32,000 nt of DNA from Cereibacter sphaeroides 2.4.1 (GCF_000012905.2 NC_007493.2:3150001-3182000), one strand, 5' to 3'. Counted from the first letter of the stretch, positions 8,609-18,697 are shown. Numbers and translations: made by a program. Notes: generated by a model not told the origin, from the letters alone.

Positions 8609-9420
8609 TGGACCGCCGGACGACCCCCTGCAGCGGCGAGGTGGCTCATGTCTCGCTGAAGGGGCAGGTGGCGGCCCCGCGCTTCACCGATGGCACGCCC
8701 GCGCGGATCGGCCTGCCGGTCGTGGATCTCCTCGCCCGTCCGGATGGCCCGCGGGACCGGCAGCTCCTGCTGGGCGAGGATTTCCTCGTGATCGACCGGC
8801 GCGAGGGCCATGCCTTCGGCCGCGCCGCCAAGGACGGCTATTGCGGCTGGCTGCCCGAGGCCGCGCTTGCAGCGCCAGAGACGGCCACCCACCGCGTGGC
8901 AGTGCCCGCGACTCATCTCTATCCCGAACCGCGGGTGCAGGCGCATGAGATCGCCGCCCTCAGCTTCGGCGCGCGGTTGACTGTCATTGGCGAAGCGCGA
9001 AATTTTCTGCAGACGACAATGGGTTGGGTTCCCGCCTGCCATCTGTGGCCGCTGGATCGGCTCCATTCCGACCCCGTGGCCGTGGCGCGGCTCTTTCACG
9101 GCACGCCCTATCTCTGGGGGGGCAACAGCCGGGCGGGCATCGATTGCTCGGGTCTCGCGCAGGCAGCGCTTCTGGCCTGCGGGATGGACTGTCCCGGCGA
9201 CAGTGACCTGCAGCAGACGGTCGGCACTGAGGTTTCCGGCGACCTGCAGGCGGGAGACCTTCTGTTCTGGAAGGGCCATGTCGCCATGGCCATCGATGCG
9301 CAGCGCATGATCCATGCCACGGGGTATGTGATGGGGGTGATCGAGGAGGAGACGGAGGCCGCCATCGCCCGGATCGCCGCGGCCGGTGAGGGGCCGGTTC
9401 TGGCGCGCCGCCGGCCCTGA
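8605..9420 (+). CDS. NlpC/P60 (C40) family peptidase with an N-terminal SH3b-like domain and no signal peptide
   Basis: GTPYLWGGNSRAGIDCSGLAQAALLACG carries the catalytic Cys. The later GHVAMAI and IHAT carry the His residues. Start is GTG 8605 or ATG 8608, overlapping the M17 stop (8606-8608). Confidence 0.85.
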   Translation: MMDRRTTPCSGEVAHVSLKGQVAAPRFTDGTPARIGLPVVDLLARPDGPRDRQLLLGEDFLVIDRREGHAFGRAAKDGYCGWLPEAALAAPETATHRVAVPATHLYPEPRVQAHEIAALSFGARLTVIGEARNFLQTTMGWVPACHLWPLDRLHSDPVAVARLFHGTPYLWGGNSRAGIDCSGLAQAALLACGMDCPGDSDLQQTVGTEVSGDLQAGDLLFWKGHVAMAIDAQRMIHATGYVMGVIEEETEAAIARIAAAGEGPVLARRRP

Positions 9421-9526
9421 GGGCGAGAAACCGCGGCGGGGCCATGGCGCGCGGCTCGAGCGACGAAGGCCGTGAGCCGCCCTGCGGCGTAGAGGCCTCC
9501 GCGGCGCACCTGAGGGCAACCTGCCG

Positions 9527-10747
9527 CTAGTCTCCGGCGACGCTCCCCTCGGGCAGCGTCTCGCGCAGCCAGTCCGGCTCGAACTTCACCTGATCGCAGC
9601 CCGCGAACTGCGCCAGACGGTCGAGCTCGGCCCCGAGCCGCCCGAGCCGCCGCGAGCCGAGCCGCACCCCCGCCTCGGGCCAGAGCGCGCGCACGCGCAG
9701 GCTGCCGCTCTCGCGGTGGGCGCGCATGTCGATCCGGCCGATCAGCCGGTCGCCCTCGAGGATCGGGAAGACGTAATAGCCGTAGGTGCGCTTGGCCTCG
9801 GGCACGAACACCTCGATCCGGTAGCGGAAGCCGAACAGCCGTTCGGCGCGGGCCCGGTCGCGCAGCACCGGATCGAAGGGCGACAGGATTCGCAGCCGCG
9901 GCGAGGGATCGGGCGCGGCCTCGGCCAGCGCGGCCACCTCCGGGCGGGCGTAGCTGCGCCGGAGGCTGCCGTCGGCCCCCTCGACGCGGACCTCCACGAT
10001 CTCGCCGCGCGCGAGCGCATCGTGACACCAGGCCTGCGCCTCGGCGGGGCTGGCGGCGGCCCAGAAGGCGGCCAACTCGCCCGAGGTGGCGAAGCCGAGC
10101 CTGTCCAGCGCCTCGGAGCAGGCCCAGTGGATCGTGGCGGCGTCGCCCGGATCCATCGCGAGCCACCCGGACGGGATGACGCGGGAGGTCAGATCGTAGA
10201 CCTTGCGGAACGAGTCGCGGCGCGTGATGGAAAGCTCGCCCACCCGCCAGAGATATTCCAAGGCGGCCTTCGACGGATGCCAGTCCCACCAGCCGCCGGT
10301 GCCGCGCTCTTCCTCCTCGCCCACTTCGGCGGCCGAGACCGGCCCGCTTTCGGCGATCCGCGCGAGGACCGCATCGAACTGCTCCTCGAACCCCTCGCGC
10401 TGCCAGCCGCGCCAGCGGGCCAGCAGCCGCGGCCGGTCGCGGCGGAAGCGGTGGTGCCAGAAGGGGAAGAAGCGGGCGGGGATCACCGCCGCATCATGGG
10501 TCCAGTGTTCGAACAGGTGGCGCTGCGCGAGCAGACGGTCGAGCGCCTCGGGCCGGTAGGCCTGCCTCCGCGCGAAGAGGATCATGTGATGGGCGCGGGC
10601 GACGGTCGAGATGCTGTCGATCTGGACGAAGCCCAGACGGTCGATCAGCGCCAGCAGCGCCTCGCCCTTGGCCGGGCCGGTGGGCGGCTCGGCAAGGGCG
10701 TGGAGATGCAGGAACAGCCGGCGGGCGAGCGGGTTGGGGAGGATCAC
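9527..10747 (-). CDS. Winged-helix DUF1006 / YcaQ-AlkZ-like DNA glycosylase family protein
   Basis: VILPNPLARRLFLHLHALAE...LGFVQIDSISTVARAHHMILFARR contains a Q-I-D (Q-phi-D) motif like YcaQ. It is the C-terminal 406 codons of the artefactual 747-aa track ORF. GTG start at 10747 lies 14 nt after the rlmN stop. Confidence 0.75.
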   Translation of the reverse strand: MILPNPLARRLFLHLHALAEPPTGPAKGEALLALIDRLGFVQIDSISTVARAHHMILFARRQAYRPEALDRLLAQRHLFEHWTHDAAVIPARFFPFWHHRFRRDRPRLLARWRGWQREGFEEQFDAVLARIAESGPVSAAEVGEEEERGTGGWWDWHPSKAALEYLWRVGELSITRRDSFRKVYDLTSRVIPSGWLAMDPGDAATIHWACSEALDRLGFATSGELAAFWAAASPAEAQAWCHDALARGEIVEVRVEGADGSLRRSYARPEVAALAEAAPDPSPRLRILSPFDPVLRDRARAERLFGFRYRIEVFVPEAKRTYGYYVFPILEGDRLIGRIDMRAHRESGSLRVRALWPEAGVRLGSRRLGRLGAELDRLAQFAGCDQVKFEPDWLRETLPEGSVAGD

Positions 10748-10761
10748 GGCCGCCGGCCCGA

Positions 10762-11940
10762 TCAGAGGCCGGTTTCGGCGGCGATCTGGGCCCGGCTCTT
10801 GCGGGCCCGCTCGGTCGCGGACTTGAGCTGGCCGCAGGCCGCCATGATGTCCTCGCCGCGCGGGGTGCGGATCGGCGAGGCGTAGCCGGCCTTGTAGATG
10901 ATGTCGGCGAAGGCCGCGATCCGCTCGGGCGTCGAGCGGCGGTAGGGCGCGCCCGGCCATTCGTTGAAGGGGATCAGGTTGATCTTGGAGGGGATCCCCG
11001 AGATCAGCTTCACCAGCCGCCGGGCATCCGCATCCGTGTCGTTCACCCCGTCGAGCATGACATATTCGAAGGTGATCCGCTCGGAGTTGGACAGGCGCGG
11101 ATAGTCGCGCAGGCTGTCGAGAAGCGTGCGGATGTTCCAGCGCTTGTTGATCGGCACGAGAATGTCGCGCACCTCGTCGGTCGTGGCGTGGAACGAGATG
11201 GCAAGCTGGCAGCCGATCTCCTCGGCGGTGCGGGCGATCTCGGGCACGACGCCCGAAGTGGAAAGCGTGATCCGCCGGCGCGAGAGCGAGAGGCCCTCGC
11301 CATCCATCACCACCTTCATCGCGTTTCGCACATTCTCGAAATTGTAGAGCGGCTCGCCCATGCCCATCAGCACGAGGTTCGACACCAGCCGCGTCTCGTC
11401 CTTCGGTGCACCCCGCTCGGGCCATTCGCCGAGATCGTCGCGCACGAGCATGAGCTGGCCCACGATCTCGGCCGCCGTCAGGTTGCGCACCAGCTTCTGC
11501 GTGCCGGTGTGGCAGAAGGAGCAGGTCAGCGTGCAGCCCACCTGCGAGGAGACGCAGAGCGTGCCACGGCCTTCCTCGGGGATGTAGACCGTCTCGACCT
11601 CGTGCCCGCCCGCGATCCGGATGAGATATTTCCGCGTGCCGTCCGCCGAGATCTGCCGGGTGACGACCTCGGGCAGGACGATGGCGAAATGCTCGGCGAG
11701 GAGCGCGCGATAGTCCTTGGCGAGGTTCGTCATCTGCGCGAAGTCGCGCACGCCCCAGTGATAGACCCACTGCCAGACCTGACCCGCCCGCATCTTCGCC
11801 TGCCGCTCGGGCGTGCCCGCAGCCACGAGGGCGGCCAGAAGCTCCTCGCGCGTGAGGCCCACGATGTTCACGGGGCCGCCCTCGGGCAGCTTGCGCGGCA
11901 GGGTCATCACGTCCTGGGTGATCGGAGCGTTGGCGGTCAT
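10762..11940 (-). CDS. rlmN: 23S rRNA/tRNA (adenine-C2)-methyltransferase, radical SAM
   Basis: Radical-SAM cluster motif [20 protein letters not shown] and the C-terminal DIMAACGQL carry the conserved Cys. ATG at 11940 ([17 protein letters not shown]). Confidence 0.92.
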   Translation of the reverse strand: MTANAPITQDVMTLPRKLPEGGPVNIVGLTREELLAALVAAGTPERQAKMRAGQVWQWVYHWGVRDFAQMTNLAKDYRALLAEHFAIVLPEVVTRQISADGTRKYLIRIAGGHEVETVYIPEEGRGTLCVSSQVGCTLTCSFCHTGTQKLVRNLTAAEIVGQLMLVRDDLGEWPERGAPKDETRLVSNLVLMGMGEPLYNFENVRNAMKVVMDGEGLSLSRRRITLSTSGVVPEIARTAEEIGCQLAISFHATTDEVRDILVPINKRWNIRTLLDSLRDYPRLSNSERITFEYVMLDGVNDTDADARRLVKLISGIPSKINLIPFNEWPGAPYRRSTPERIAAFADIIYKAGYASPIRTPRGEDIMAACGQLKSATERARKSRAQIAAETGL

Positions 11941-12078
11941 GGCTAAGCCTCGGGAAGCGGGAAGCGCATCATATAGGGGATTCGGGACGGAAACGGAACC
12001 CGGGTCCCGCAAATGACAAGGCCCCGGCAGGGCCGGGGCAGGTCAGGGGCGGCGCGGACCGCCCTTTCGCAGACGCAC

Positions 12079-12609
12079 TTACTTGCAGCGCGTCTCGGCG
12101 TCGGACATTGCGGCGGTGAAGCCCGAAAGCGAGAACGTGTCCTTGGTCTGGGTTCCGCGGGCCGAGCGGGCGGTCAGGACGGCGGTGCTGCCGCGTTTCA
12201 TCGACGCGAGCAGCGAGGCATCGTCCTGCGCATTCGCGGGCCAGGCCCATTCCCCGTCGGTGAAAAGCTCGAACTTGGTGCCGCCGATGTCGACGTTGAC
12301 GGTCGAGCCCGGGGCGAACGGATAGCCGCCGGTGAAGGAGATTTCGCCCTTGGCGCCCGAGCCCGGACGGTAGGTCACGAACAGCAGGATGTCGCCGCGG
12401 CGCACGTCGACGGCCTTGCCATCCCGCGTGGCCTGGGTCTGCTTCGGGCTCGAGACGCCCCAGCATTCCTTGGGAGAGCTTTCGGCGAACACGCTCCAGT
12501 CCGTCTTGGTCGCGACCCGGTTCGTGGATTCCTGAGCGGCCGCACCCGTCGCGAGACAGGCGAGGACAATCGCCGCCGCCGGAAGCAGGCGCCCCTTCGT
12601 GGTTCTCAT
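12079..12609 (-). CDS. Invasion-associated locus B (IalB) family periplasmic protein
   Basis: Signal peptide MRTTKGRLLPAAAIVLACLATGAAAQ. The WSVFAESSPKECWGVSSP region and ~175-aa size are typical of the alphaproteobacterial IalB family. GGAGG lies 9 nt upstream of the ATG. Confidence 0.75.
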   Translation of the reverse strand: MRTTKGRLLPAAAIVLACLATGAAAQESTNRVATKTDWSVFAESSPKECWGVSSPKQTQATRDGKAVDVRRGDILLFVTYRPGSGAKGEISFTGGYPFAPGSTVNVDIGGTKFELFTDGEWAWPANAQDDASLLASMKRGSTAVLTARSARGTQTKDTFSLSGFTAAMSDAETRCK

Positions 12610-12775
12610 CGTTCACAGCCTCCAGCTGTCAGTGCCTCTGCCCGCCCCACGCCGCCTTGTGGCGACCTTTTTGAGTAGCGCAGGCCGTTTCAACCCGATA
12701 ACGCTTCTTAGCGCAAGCATTGCGCCGGACAAAAGGCCTCTTGGGCACAAAATCGCGCAGCTGTGAGGGGATGTC

Positions 12776-13765
12776 ATGACGGATCCGGCGAGGATGGTGG
12801 AGCTCTGGCGCGGCGGGCTTCTGGAAAGCTGGCACACGGGACATGCCGCCGTGTGGAGCGCGGATGGCGGGCTGGTCGAGGCCTGGGGCGATCCCGGGAC
12901 GGTGATCTTCCCGCGGTCGTCCTGCAAGATGATGCAGGCCCTGCCGCTTCTGGAGAGCGGGGCCGGGGCGGGGCTGTCGTCCCAGCGTCTGGCGCTGGCC
13001 TGTGCGAGCCATCAGGGGGCAGAGCTTCATACCGGGCACGTCGGGCGCTGGCTGACGGATCTGGGCCTCTGCGAGGCGGATCTGCGCTGCGGCGCCCATA
13101 TGCCCGCCGACACGGCCGAGCGGGACCGGCTGATCCGGGCGTATGAGGAGCCCTGCCAGATCCACAACAACTGCTCGGGCAAACATGCGGGCTTCCTGAT
13201 GCTCTCGCAGCATCTGAAGGCCGGGCCGGAGTATGTGGAGATCGACCATCCGGTGCAGCAGGCGGTGCGGACGGCCTTCGAGGAGGTGACGGACGAGGCG
13301 AGCCCGGGCTACGGGATCGACGGCTGCTCGGCGCCGAACTTCGCGACCACGGTGGCGGGGCTGGCGCGCGCCATGGCCTTCTTTGCCGGGGCCTCCACCG
13401 GCGGGGGCGTTCGCGAGCGGTCGGCGGCGCGGCTCGTCGAGGCGATGATCGCCCATCCCGAGCTCGTGGCGGGCGAGGGCCGCGCCTGCACCGAACTCAT
13501 GCGGGCCATGGGCGGGCGCGCCGCGATCAAGACCGGCGCCGAAGCGGTCTTCGTGGCCATCGTCCCCGAGAAGCGGCTGGGGATCGCGCTGAAGATCGTG
13601 GACGGCTCGACCCGCGCCTCGGAGGCGGCCATCGCCGCCCTGCTCGTGCGGCACGGGCTTCTCGATCCGGCGCATCCGGCGGCGCGCAAGCGGCTCGATG
13701 CGATCCAGACGAACTGGCGCGGCCGCGAGACCGGCATCCTGCGCGCGGCGCCCGGGTTCCCCTGA
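12776..13765 (+). CDS. Asparaginase II family protein (Rhizobium-type L-asparaginase, PF06089-like)
   Basis: FPRSSCKMMQALPLLESGA and NNCSGKHAGFLML motifs. 329 aa. GAGGGG lies upstream of the ATG at 12776. Confidence 0.8.
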   Translation: MTDPARMVELWRGGLLESWHTGHAAVWSADGGLVEAWGDPGTVIFPRSSCKMMQALPLLESGAGAGLSSQRLALACASHQGAELHTGHVGRWLTDLGLCEADLRCGAHMPADTAERDRLIRAYEEPCQIHNNCSGKHAGFLMLSQHLKAGPEYVEIDHPVQQAVRTAFEEVTDEASPGYGIDGCSAPNFATTVAGLARAMAFFAGASTGGGVRERSAARLVEAMIAHPELVAGEGRACTELMRAMGGRAAIKTGAEAVFVAIVPEKRLGIALKIVDGSTRASEAAIAALLVRHGLLDPAHPAARKRLDAIQTNWRGRETGILRAAPGFP

Positions 13766-13780
13766 GGCCGTGCGGGCGCC

Positions 13781-14620
13781 TCAGTCGCCGCCGGCGAGCA
13801 GGGAGCGCAGGCCCGAGCGGTAGTCGGGGTGGAGAAGCGCGATGCCCAGGCGCGCCTTGATCCGGTCGTTCCGCACCCGCTTCGATTCCGCATAGAAGCT
13901 GCGCGCCATCGGCGTCATCTCCGCCTCGTCGTAGGGCACTTCGGGCGGAGGCGGCAGGCCGAGCAGCTCGGCGGCATAGCCCAGCACATCCTCGGGCGGG
14001 GCGGGATCGTCGTCGCAGACGTTGTAGATCGCGCCCGGCTCGGGATGCTGCATCGAGGCTTCGAGCACCTGCGCGATATCCGCCACATGAATGCGGCTGA
14101 AGACCTGCCCCGGCTTCACGATCCGCCGGGCGGTGCCGTCGCGGACCTTCTCGAACGGGCCGCGGCCGGGGCCGTAGATTCCCGCGAGGCGGAAGATGTG
14201 GAGCGGCAGCCCCAGCGCCTGCCATTGCCGCTCGGCTTGAACCCGCGCCTGCCCCCGCTCCGTCGAGGGGGTGAGGGGCGTGTCCTCGTCGACCCAGCCG
14301 CCGGCGTGGTCGCCATAGACGCCGGTGGTGGAGAGATAGCCCACCCAGCGCGCGTCGGCCCTTGCCAGCTCTGCGCCATGGGTGGCGAGGAACGGATCGC
14401 CCTCGCGCCCCGGCGCGGCCGAGGCGAGGATATGGCTGGCCCGCGCCAGCGCGGGCCCGAGATCGCCCGGCCAGAGGAGCGGCTCGATACCGCCGGCCTC
14501 GAGCTCCGCGGCCTTGGCGGCGCTCCGCGTGGTGCCGATCACCGTCCAGCCCTGCGGCAGGAGGCGGTGGGCCAGAGCCTGCGCGGAATAGCCGTGCCCG
14601 AGGGAAAGAAGCGTCTTCAT
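13781..14620 (-). CDS. NAD(P)-dependent SDR / epimerase-like oxidoreductase
   Basis: ATG at 14620 gives MKTLLSLGHGYSAQALAHRLLPQGWTVIGTTRS (Rossmann GxGxxA). 279 aa. The upstream 34 codons of the track ORF are dropped. Confidence 0.75.
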   Translation of the reverse strand: MKTLLSLGHGYSAQALAHRLLPQGWTVIGTTRSAAKAAELEAGGIEPLLWPGDLGPALARASHILASAAPGREGDPFLATHGAELARADARWVGYLSTTGVYGDHAGGWVDEDTPLTPSTERGQARVQAERQWQALGLPLHIFRLAGIYGPGRGPFEKVRDGTARRIVKPGQVFSRIHVADIAQVLEASMQHPEPGAIYNVCDDDPAPPEDVLGYAAELLGLPPPPEVPYDEAEMTPMARSFYAESKRVRNDRIKARLGIALLHPDYRSGLRSLLAGGD

Positions 14621-14754
14621 GCCGTCACTATCCCCGCGCCGCAGCGCCGCTGCAAGGGGCGAGCCTGCCGCGCCCCAAGCCGCGTCCGCGGAGGCTTGAT
14701 CCCCGCCCGCGAGCCTGCGCATCCTCTCGGCAGGCAGCGACAGGAGACAGACCC

Positions 14755-16233
14755 GTGAGCGACGCGCCCCTTCCTCTTCTCGTCCCGGAGGTGCCGGACC
14801 GCGAGACCTTCACCGATCCCGCGCGGGCGGTGGACCGGCTGGAAGAGATCTACATCCGGTCGACCCGCTTCCTGTCGGGCCATTTCAGCGCCTCGGCCAC
14901 CGGGGGCCAGCCGGGCGGGCGGGTGCGTGCCTATTATCCCGAGATCCGGCTCACGACGACGAGCTTCACCCGCGCGGACAGCCGGCTGAGCTTCGGCCAT
15001 GTGGCCGAGCCGGGCTCCTATTCCACGACGGTGACGCGGCCCGACCTGTTCCGCAACTACCTGATCCAGCAGATCGACCTCCTGATGCAGAACCACGGAG
15101 TACCGGTCGAGATCGGCGTCTCGGCCACGCCGATGCCCGTGCATTTCGCGGTGGCGAACGACCCGTCCGTCTCGGTGCCGCAGGAGGGGGTGCTGTCCTA
15201 TCCGCTCCGCGACGTGTTCGACGTGCCCGACCTCTCGACCACCAACGACGATATCGTGAACGGCAGCCGCCTCAGCAACTCCGACGGCTCGAAGCCGCTC
15301 GCGCCCTTCACCGCGCAGCGGGTGGATTATTCGCTCGCGCGGCTCACCCATTACACGGCCACGAACCCGCGTCATTTCCAGAACCACGTCCTGTTCACCA
15401 ACTACCAGTTCTATGTGGACGAGTTCGAGGCGATCGGGCGGGCGGCGCTGGCCGATCCCGCCTCGGGCTACAGCGCCTTCGTGGGCCCCGGCGATCAGGA
15501 GATCACCGATCCCGAGACCCCGCTTGCGCTGCTGCCGCGCCTGCCGCAGATGCCCACCTATCACCTCAAGCGGCCGGACGGGCAAGGGATCACGCTGGTC
15601 AACATCGGAGTCGGCCCCTCGAACGCCAAGACCGCGACCGACCATATCGCGGTGCTGCGCCCGCACGCCTGGCTGATGGTGGGCCATTGCGCGGGCCTGC
15701 GGAACTCGCAGAGCCTCGGGGATTTCGTGCTGGCCCATGCCTATCTGCGCGAAGACCATGTGCTAGACGACGATCTGCCGGTCTGGGTGCCGATCCCGGC
15801 GCTGGCCGAGATCCAGATCGCGCTCGAGGATGCGGTCGAGGAGGTGACGCAGCTGCAGGGCTACGAGCTCAAGCGCATCATGCGGACGGGCACGGTGGCC
15901 ACCATCGACAACCGCAACTGGGAACTGCGCGACCAGTCGGGCCCGGTCCAGCGGCTGAGCCAGAGCCGCGCCGTGGCGCTCGACATGGAGAGCGCGACCA
16001 TCGCGGCGAACGGCTTCCGCTTCCGCGTGCCCTACGGAACCCTCCTCTGCGTGTCCGACAAGCCGCTGCACGGGGAATTGAAACTGCCGGGCATGGCCAG
16101 CGATTTCTACCGGACCCAGGTGGCGCGGCACCTCAGGATCGGAATTCGCGCCATGGAAATGTTGCGCGAGACACCGATCGAGCGCATCCACAGCCGAAAG
16201 CTGCGCAGCTTTGAGGAAACGGCGTTCCTGTAG
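14755..16233 (+). CDS. amn: AMP nucleosidase
   Basis: 492 aa from GTG 14755, which has AGGAGA 8 nt upstream. An N-terminal regulatory domain is followed by a PNP_UDP_1-type catalytic domain (HAWLMVGHCAGL..., ALDMESATIAANG). The first 131 codons of track ORF 14362-16233 are antisense to the SDR gene and were rejected. Confidence 0.85.
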   Translation: MSDAPLPLLVPEVPDRETFTDPARAVDRLEEIYIRSTRFLSGHFSASATGGQPGGRVRAYYPEIRLTTTSFTRADSRLSFGHVAEPGSYSTTVTRPDLFRNYLIQQIDLLMQNHGVPVEIGVSATPMPVHFAVANDPSVSVPQEGVLSYPLRDVFDVPDLSTTNDDIVNGSRLSNSDGSKPLAPFTAQRVDYSLARLTHYTATNPRHFQNHVLFTNYQFYVDEFEAIGRAALADPASGYSAFVGPGDQEITDPETPLALLPRLPQMPTYHLKRPDGQGITLVNIGVGPSNAKTATDHIAVLRPHAWLMVGHCAGLRNSQSLGDFVLAHAYLREDHVLDDDLPVWVPIPALAEIQIALEDAVEEVTQLQGYELKRIMRTGTVATIDNRNWELRDQSGPVQRLSQSRAVALDMESATIAANGFRFRVPYGTLLCVSDKPLHGELKLPGMASDFYRTQVARHLRIGIRAMEMLRETPIERIHSRKLRSFEETAFL

Positions 16234-16361
16234 TGAGTTGACGCGGCGGCAAGCCGGGAATAGGGCTTGCTTTATGCTGCAAAACAAGGTGTAGCCCTTG
16301 AATTCGCCCCCAGAGGCAGGAACAGACCCCGCGTCCAGCGGGGCAAGACCAGGAGACTCTC

Positions 16362-16649
16362 ATGTCGAAACCGATGACCAAGACGCAGCTCGTCGCGACC
16401 CTTGCTGACGAGATGGGCTCGGACAAGAAGACGGCCAACGCGGCCCTCGATGCGATCGCCTCGATCGTCGCCCGTGAAGTGGCCGCCGGCGGTGCCGTGA
16501 CGCTGCCGGGCCTCGGCAAGGTCGTCTGCCGCGAGCGCCCCGAGCGTCAGGTGCGCAATCCGGCCACCGGCGAGCAGGTGACCAAGGCCGCCGACAAGCA
16601 GGTGAAATTCACCATCGCCAAGGCGCTGAAGGACAGCGTGAACGCCTGA
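16362..16649 (+). CDS. hup: HU family DNA-binding protein
   Basis: MTKTQLVATLADEMG...LPGLGKVVCRERPERQVRNPATGEQV is the HU/IHF arm motif (R.G.NP.TGE). AGGAG lies 8 nt upstream. Confidence 0.92.
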   Translation: MSKPMTKTQLVATLADEMGSDKKTANAALDAIASIVAREVAAGGAVTLPGLGKVVCRERPERQVRNPATGEQVTKAADKQVKFTIAKALKDSVNA

Positions 16650-16678
16650 GCCGGCGATCCGGCACGGCAGCCGTTCGA

Positions 16679-16703
16679 GGGTCGCCATCCGGCGGCCCTT
16701 TTT
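16679..16703 (+). terminator. Rho-independent terminator after the HU gene
   Basis: Stem gggtcgcc (16679-16686) / ggcggccc (16691-16698) with one G-U pair, loop atcc, then ttttt (16699-16703). Confidence 0.7.
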
Positions 16704-16718
16704 CATGGGAGGGACCGG

Positions 16719-17600
16719 ATGGATCTGCGCAGCATCGGCATGGGCCTCGCCTTTGCCTTCATGTGGTCCTCGGCCTTCGCTTCGGCGCGCATCATCGTGG
16801 CGCAGGCGCCGCCCCTCAGCGCGCTCTCGCTGCGCTTCCTCTGCTCGGGCCTGATCGCGCTCGCCCTCGGCGCGGCGCTGGGACAGTCGGCGCGGCTCAG
16901 CCCTGCGCAGTGGCGCGGCGTGGTGATCTTCGGTCTCTGCCAGAACGCCTTGTATCTCGGGCTCAATTTCGTCGCGATGCGCTGGGTGAGCGCGAGTTTC
17001 GCCGCCATCGTCGCCTCCACGATGCCGCTCCTCGTGGCGCTGGCGGGCTGGATCTTCCTGCACGAGCGGCTGAGGCCCGTCACGGCGCTGGGGCTTCTGG
17101 CCGGGATGGCAGGCGTGGCGCTCATCATGGGCACGCGGCTGTCGGGCGGCGAGGATGCCCTGGGCTTTCTCCTCTGCGTCGCGGGCGTGATCGCGCTGAC
17201 GGCGGCCACGCTGACGGTGCGGGTCGCCTCGTCCGGCGGCAACCTCCTGATGATCGTGGGTCTGCAGATGCTGGTGGGTTCGGCCGCGCTGGCGCCCGCG
17301 GCGCTGCTGACCGAGACCCCGCTCGAGGTGCAGTGGAGCGGCAGCCTCGTGGCGGCCTTCGCCTACACCACACTGGTGCCGGGGCTGCTCGCCACCTGGG
17401 TCTGGTTCCTGCTCGTCGGCCGGATCGGCGCCGTCCGCGGCGCGACCTTCCATTTCCTCAACCCGTTCTTCGGCGTGGCCGTGGCGGCGGTGCTTCTGGG
17501 CGAGCGGATGGGGATCTGGGACGTGGCCGGCGTCGTCGTGATCGCGGCCGGGATTCTCGCCGTGCAGCTCTCGCGCGTGCCCGAAGCCGCCCGGCGCTAG
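16719..17600 (+). CDS. DMT superfamily (EamA-type) transporter
   Basis: 293 aa with about 10 hydrophobic segments forming two EamA-like halves. GGGAGGGA lies upstream of the ATG. Confidence 0.85.
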   Translation: MDLRSIGMGLAFAFMWSSAFASARIIVAQAPPLSALSLRFLCSGLIALALGAALGQSARLSPAQWRGVVIFGLCQNALYLGLNFVAMRWVSASFAAIVASTMPLLVALAGWIFLHERLRPVTALGLLAGMAGVALIMGTRLSGGEDALGFLLCVAGVIALTAATLTVRVASSGGNLLMIVGLQMLVGSAALAPAALLTETPLEVQWSGSLVAAFAYTTLVPGLLATWVWFLLVGRIGAVRGATFHFLNPFFGVAVAAVLLGERMGIWDVAGVVVIAAGILAVQLSRVPEAARR

Positions 17601-18697
17601 CCGATCGTCCCGCGCAGGCCGCCGGTCTGGCCGCGGTCGAGCAGCAGATGGTCGAGCAGCACGCAGGCCATCATCGCCTCGCCCACCGGCACCGCGCGGA
17701 TGCCCACGCAGGGATCGTGGCGGCCCTTCGTCACCACCTCCACCTCGCGCCCGTCGGTCGTGACCGAGCGGCGCGGGGTCAGGATCGAGGAGGTGGGCTT
17801 CACCGCAAAGCGCACCACCACATCCTGCCCGGTCGAGATGCCGCCGAGGATGCCGCCCGCATGGTTGGTCAGGAACTCGGGGCCCTCGGGGCCCATGCGG
17901 ATTTCGTCGGCATTGGCGCTGCCGGTGAGGCAGGCCGCGGCCATCCCCTCGCCGATCTCGACACCCTTCACCGCGTTGATCGTCATCATGGCCGCGGCGA
18001 GGTCGCTGTCGAGCTTGCCGTAGATCGGCGCGCCGAGCCCTGCCGGCACGCCCGAGGCCCGCACCTCGACGATGGCGCCCACCGAATCGTGCGCCTTGCG
18101 CAGTCCGTCGAGATAGTCGGCCCAGAGCGCGGCCGTATCGGGATCGGGGCACCAGAAGGGGTTGCGCTCGATCTCGTCCGCGTCGAACCGGGCGCGGTCG
18201 ATAGCATGCGGCCCGATCTGGACCATGTAGCCCTCGATCCGCAGGCCGGGAACCAAGGCCGCCAGCGCCGCCCGGGCGACACCGCCCGCCGCGACCCGCG
18301 CCGCCGTCTCGCGCGCCGAGGAGCGCCCGCCCCCGCGATAGTCGCGCAGCCCGTATTTCCAGTGATAGGCGATGTCGGCATGACCCGGCCGGAAGCTCCG
18401 GGCGATCTCGCCATAGTCCTTCGACCGCTGGTCGGTGTTCTCGATCATGAGCTGGATCGGCGTGCCGGTCGAGCGGCCCTCGAAGGTGCCCGACAGTATC
18501 CTGACCGCATCCGGCTCCTGCCGCTGGGTGGTGAAGCGGTTCTGGCCGGGCTTCCGGCGGTCGAGCCAGTGCTGGATCGCCTCGGCCTCGATCGCGACGC
18601 CGGGCGGGCAGCCATCCACCGTCGCGCCGAGCGCGGGCCCATGGCTCTCGCCCCAGGTGGTGACGCGGAAGATGTGGCCGAAAGTGTTGTAGCTCAT
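17597..18697 (-). CDS. aroC: Chorismate synthase
   Basis: [24 protein letters not shown] and [18 protein letters not shown] signatures. 366 aa from the ATG at 18697. Confidence 0.95.
   Translation of the reverse strand: MSYNTFGHIFRVTTWGESHGPALGATVDGCPPGVAIEAEAIQHWLDRRKPGQNRFTTQRQEPDAVRILSGTFEGRSTGTPIQLMIENTDQRSKDYGEIARSFRPGHADIAYHWKYGLRDYRGGGRSSARETAARVAAGGVARAALAALVPGLRIEGYMVQIGPHAIDRARFDADEIERNPFWCPDPDTAALWADYLDGLRKAHDSVGAIVEVRASGVPAGLGAPIYGKLDSDLAAAMMTINAVKGVEIGEGMAAACLTGSANADEIRMGPEGPEFLTNHAGGILGGISTGQDVVVRFAVKPTSSILTPRRSVTTDGREVEVVTKGRHDPCVGIRAVPVGEAMMACVLLDHLLLDRGQTGGLRGTIG

Noticed and set aside
9527-11770. 747-aa ORF spanning ycaQ and most of rlmN.
   Set aside because: Only the C-terminal 406 codons (from GTG 10747) look like a protein of the YcaQ family. 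The N-terminal part is an Arg/Pro/His-rich out-of-frame read across rlmN, whose own frame (10762-11940) carries the radical-SAM motifs.
13763-13783. Hairpin tgaggc...gcctca that includes both stop codons of the convergent asparaginase and SDR genes, and the similar tgag-c-ctca at 27758-27766.
   Set aside because: TGA and TCA are reverse complements by definition, so convergent stops always seed a small palindrome. The stems are only 4-6 bp long.
14362-14754. 131-codon N-terminal extension of the AMP nucleosidase ORF.
   Set aside because: The extension is antisense to the SDR gene and the divergent spacer, and its composition is Arg/Pro/Ala-rich. GTG 14755 with an AGGAGA SD gives a 492-aa product close to the known Amn length.
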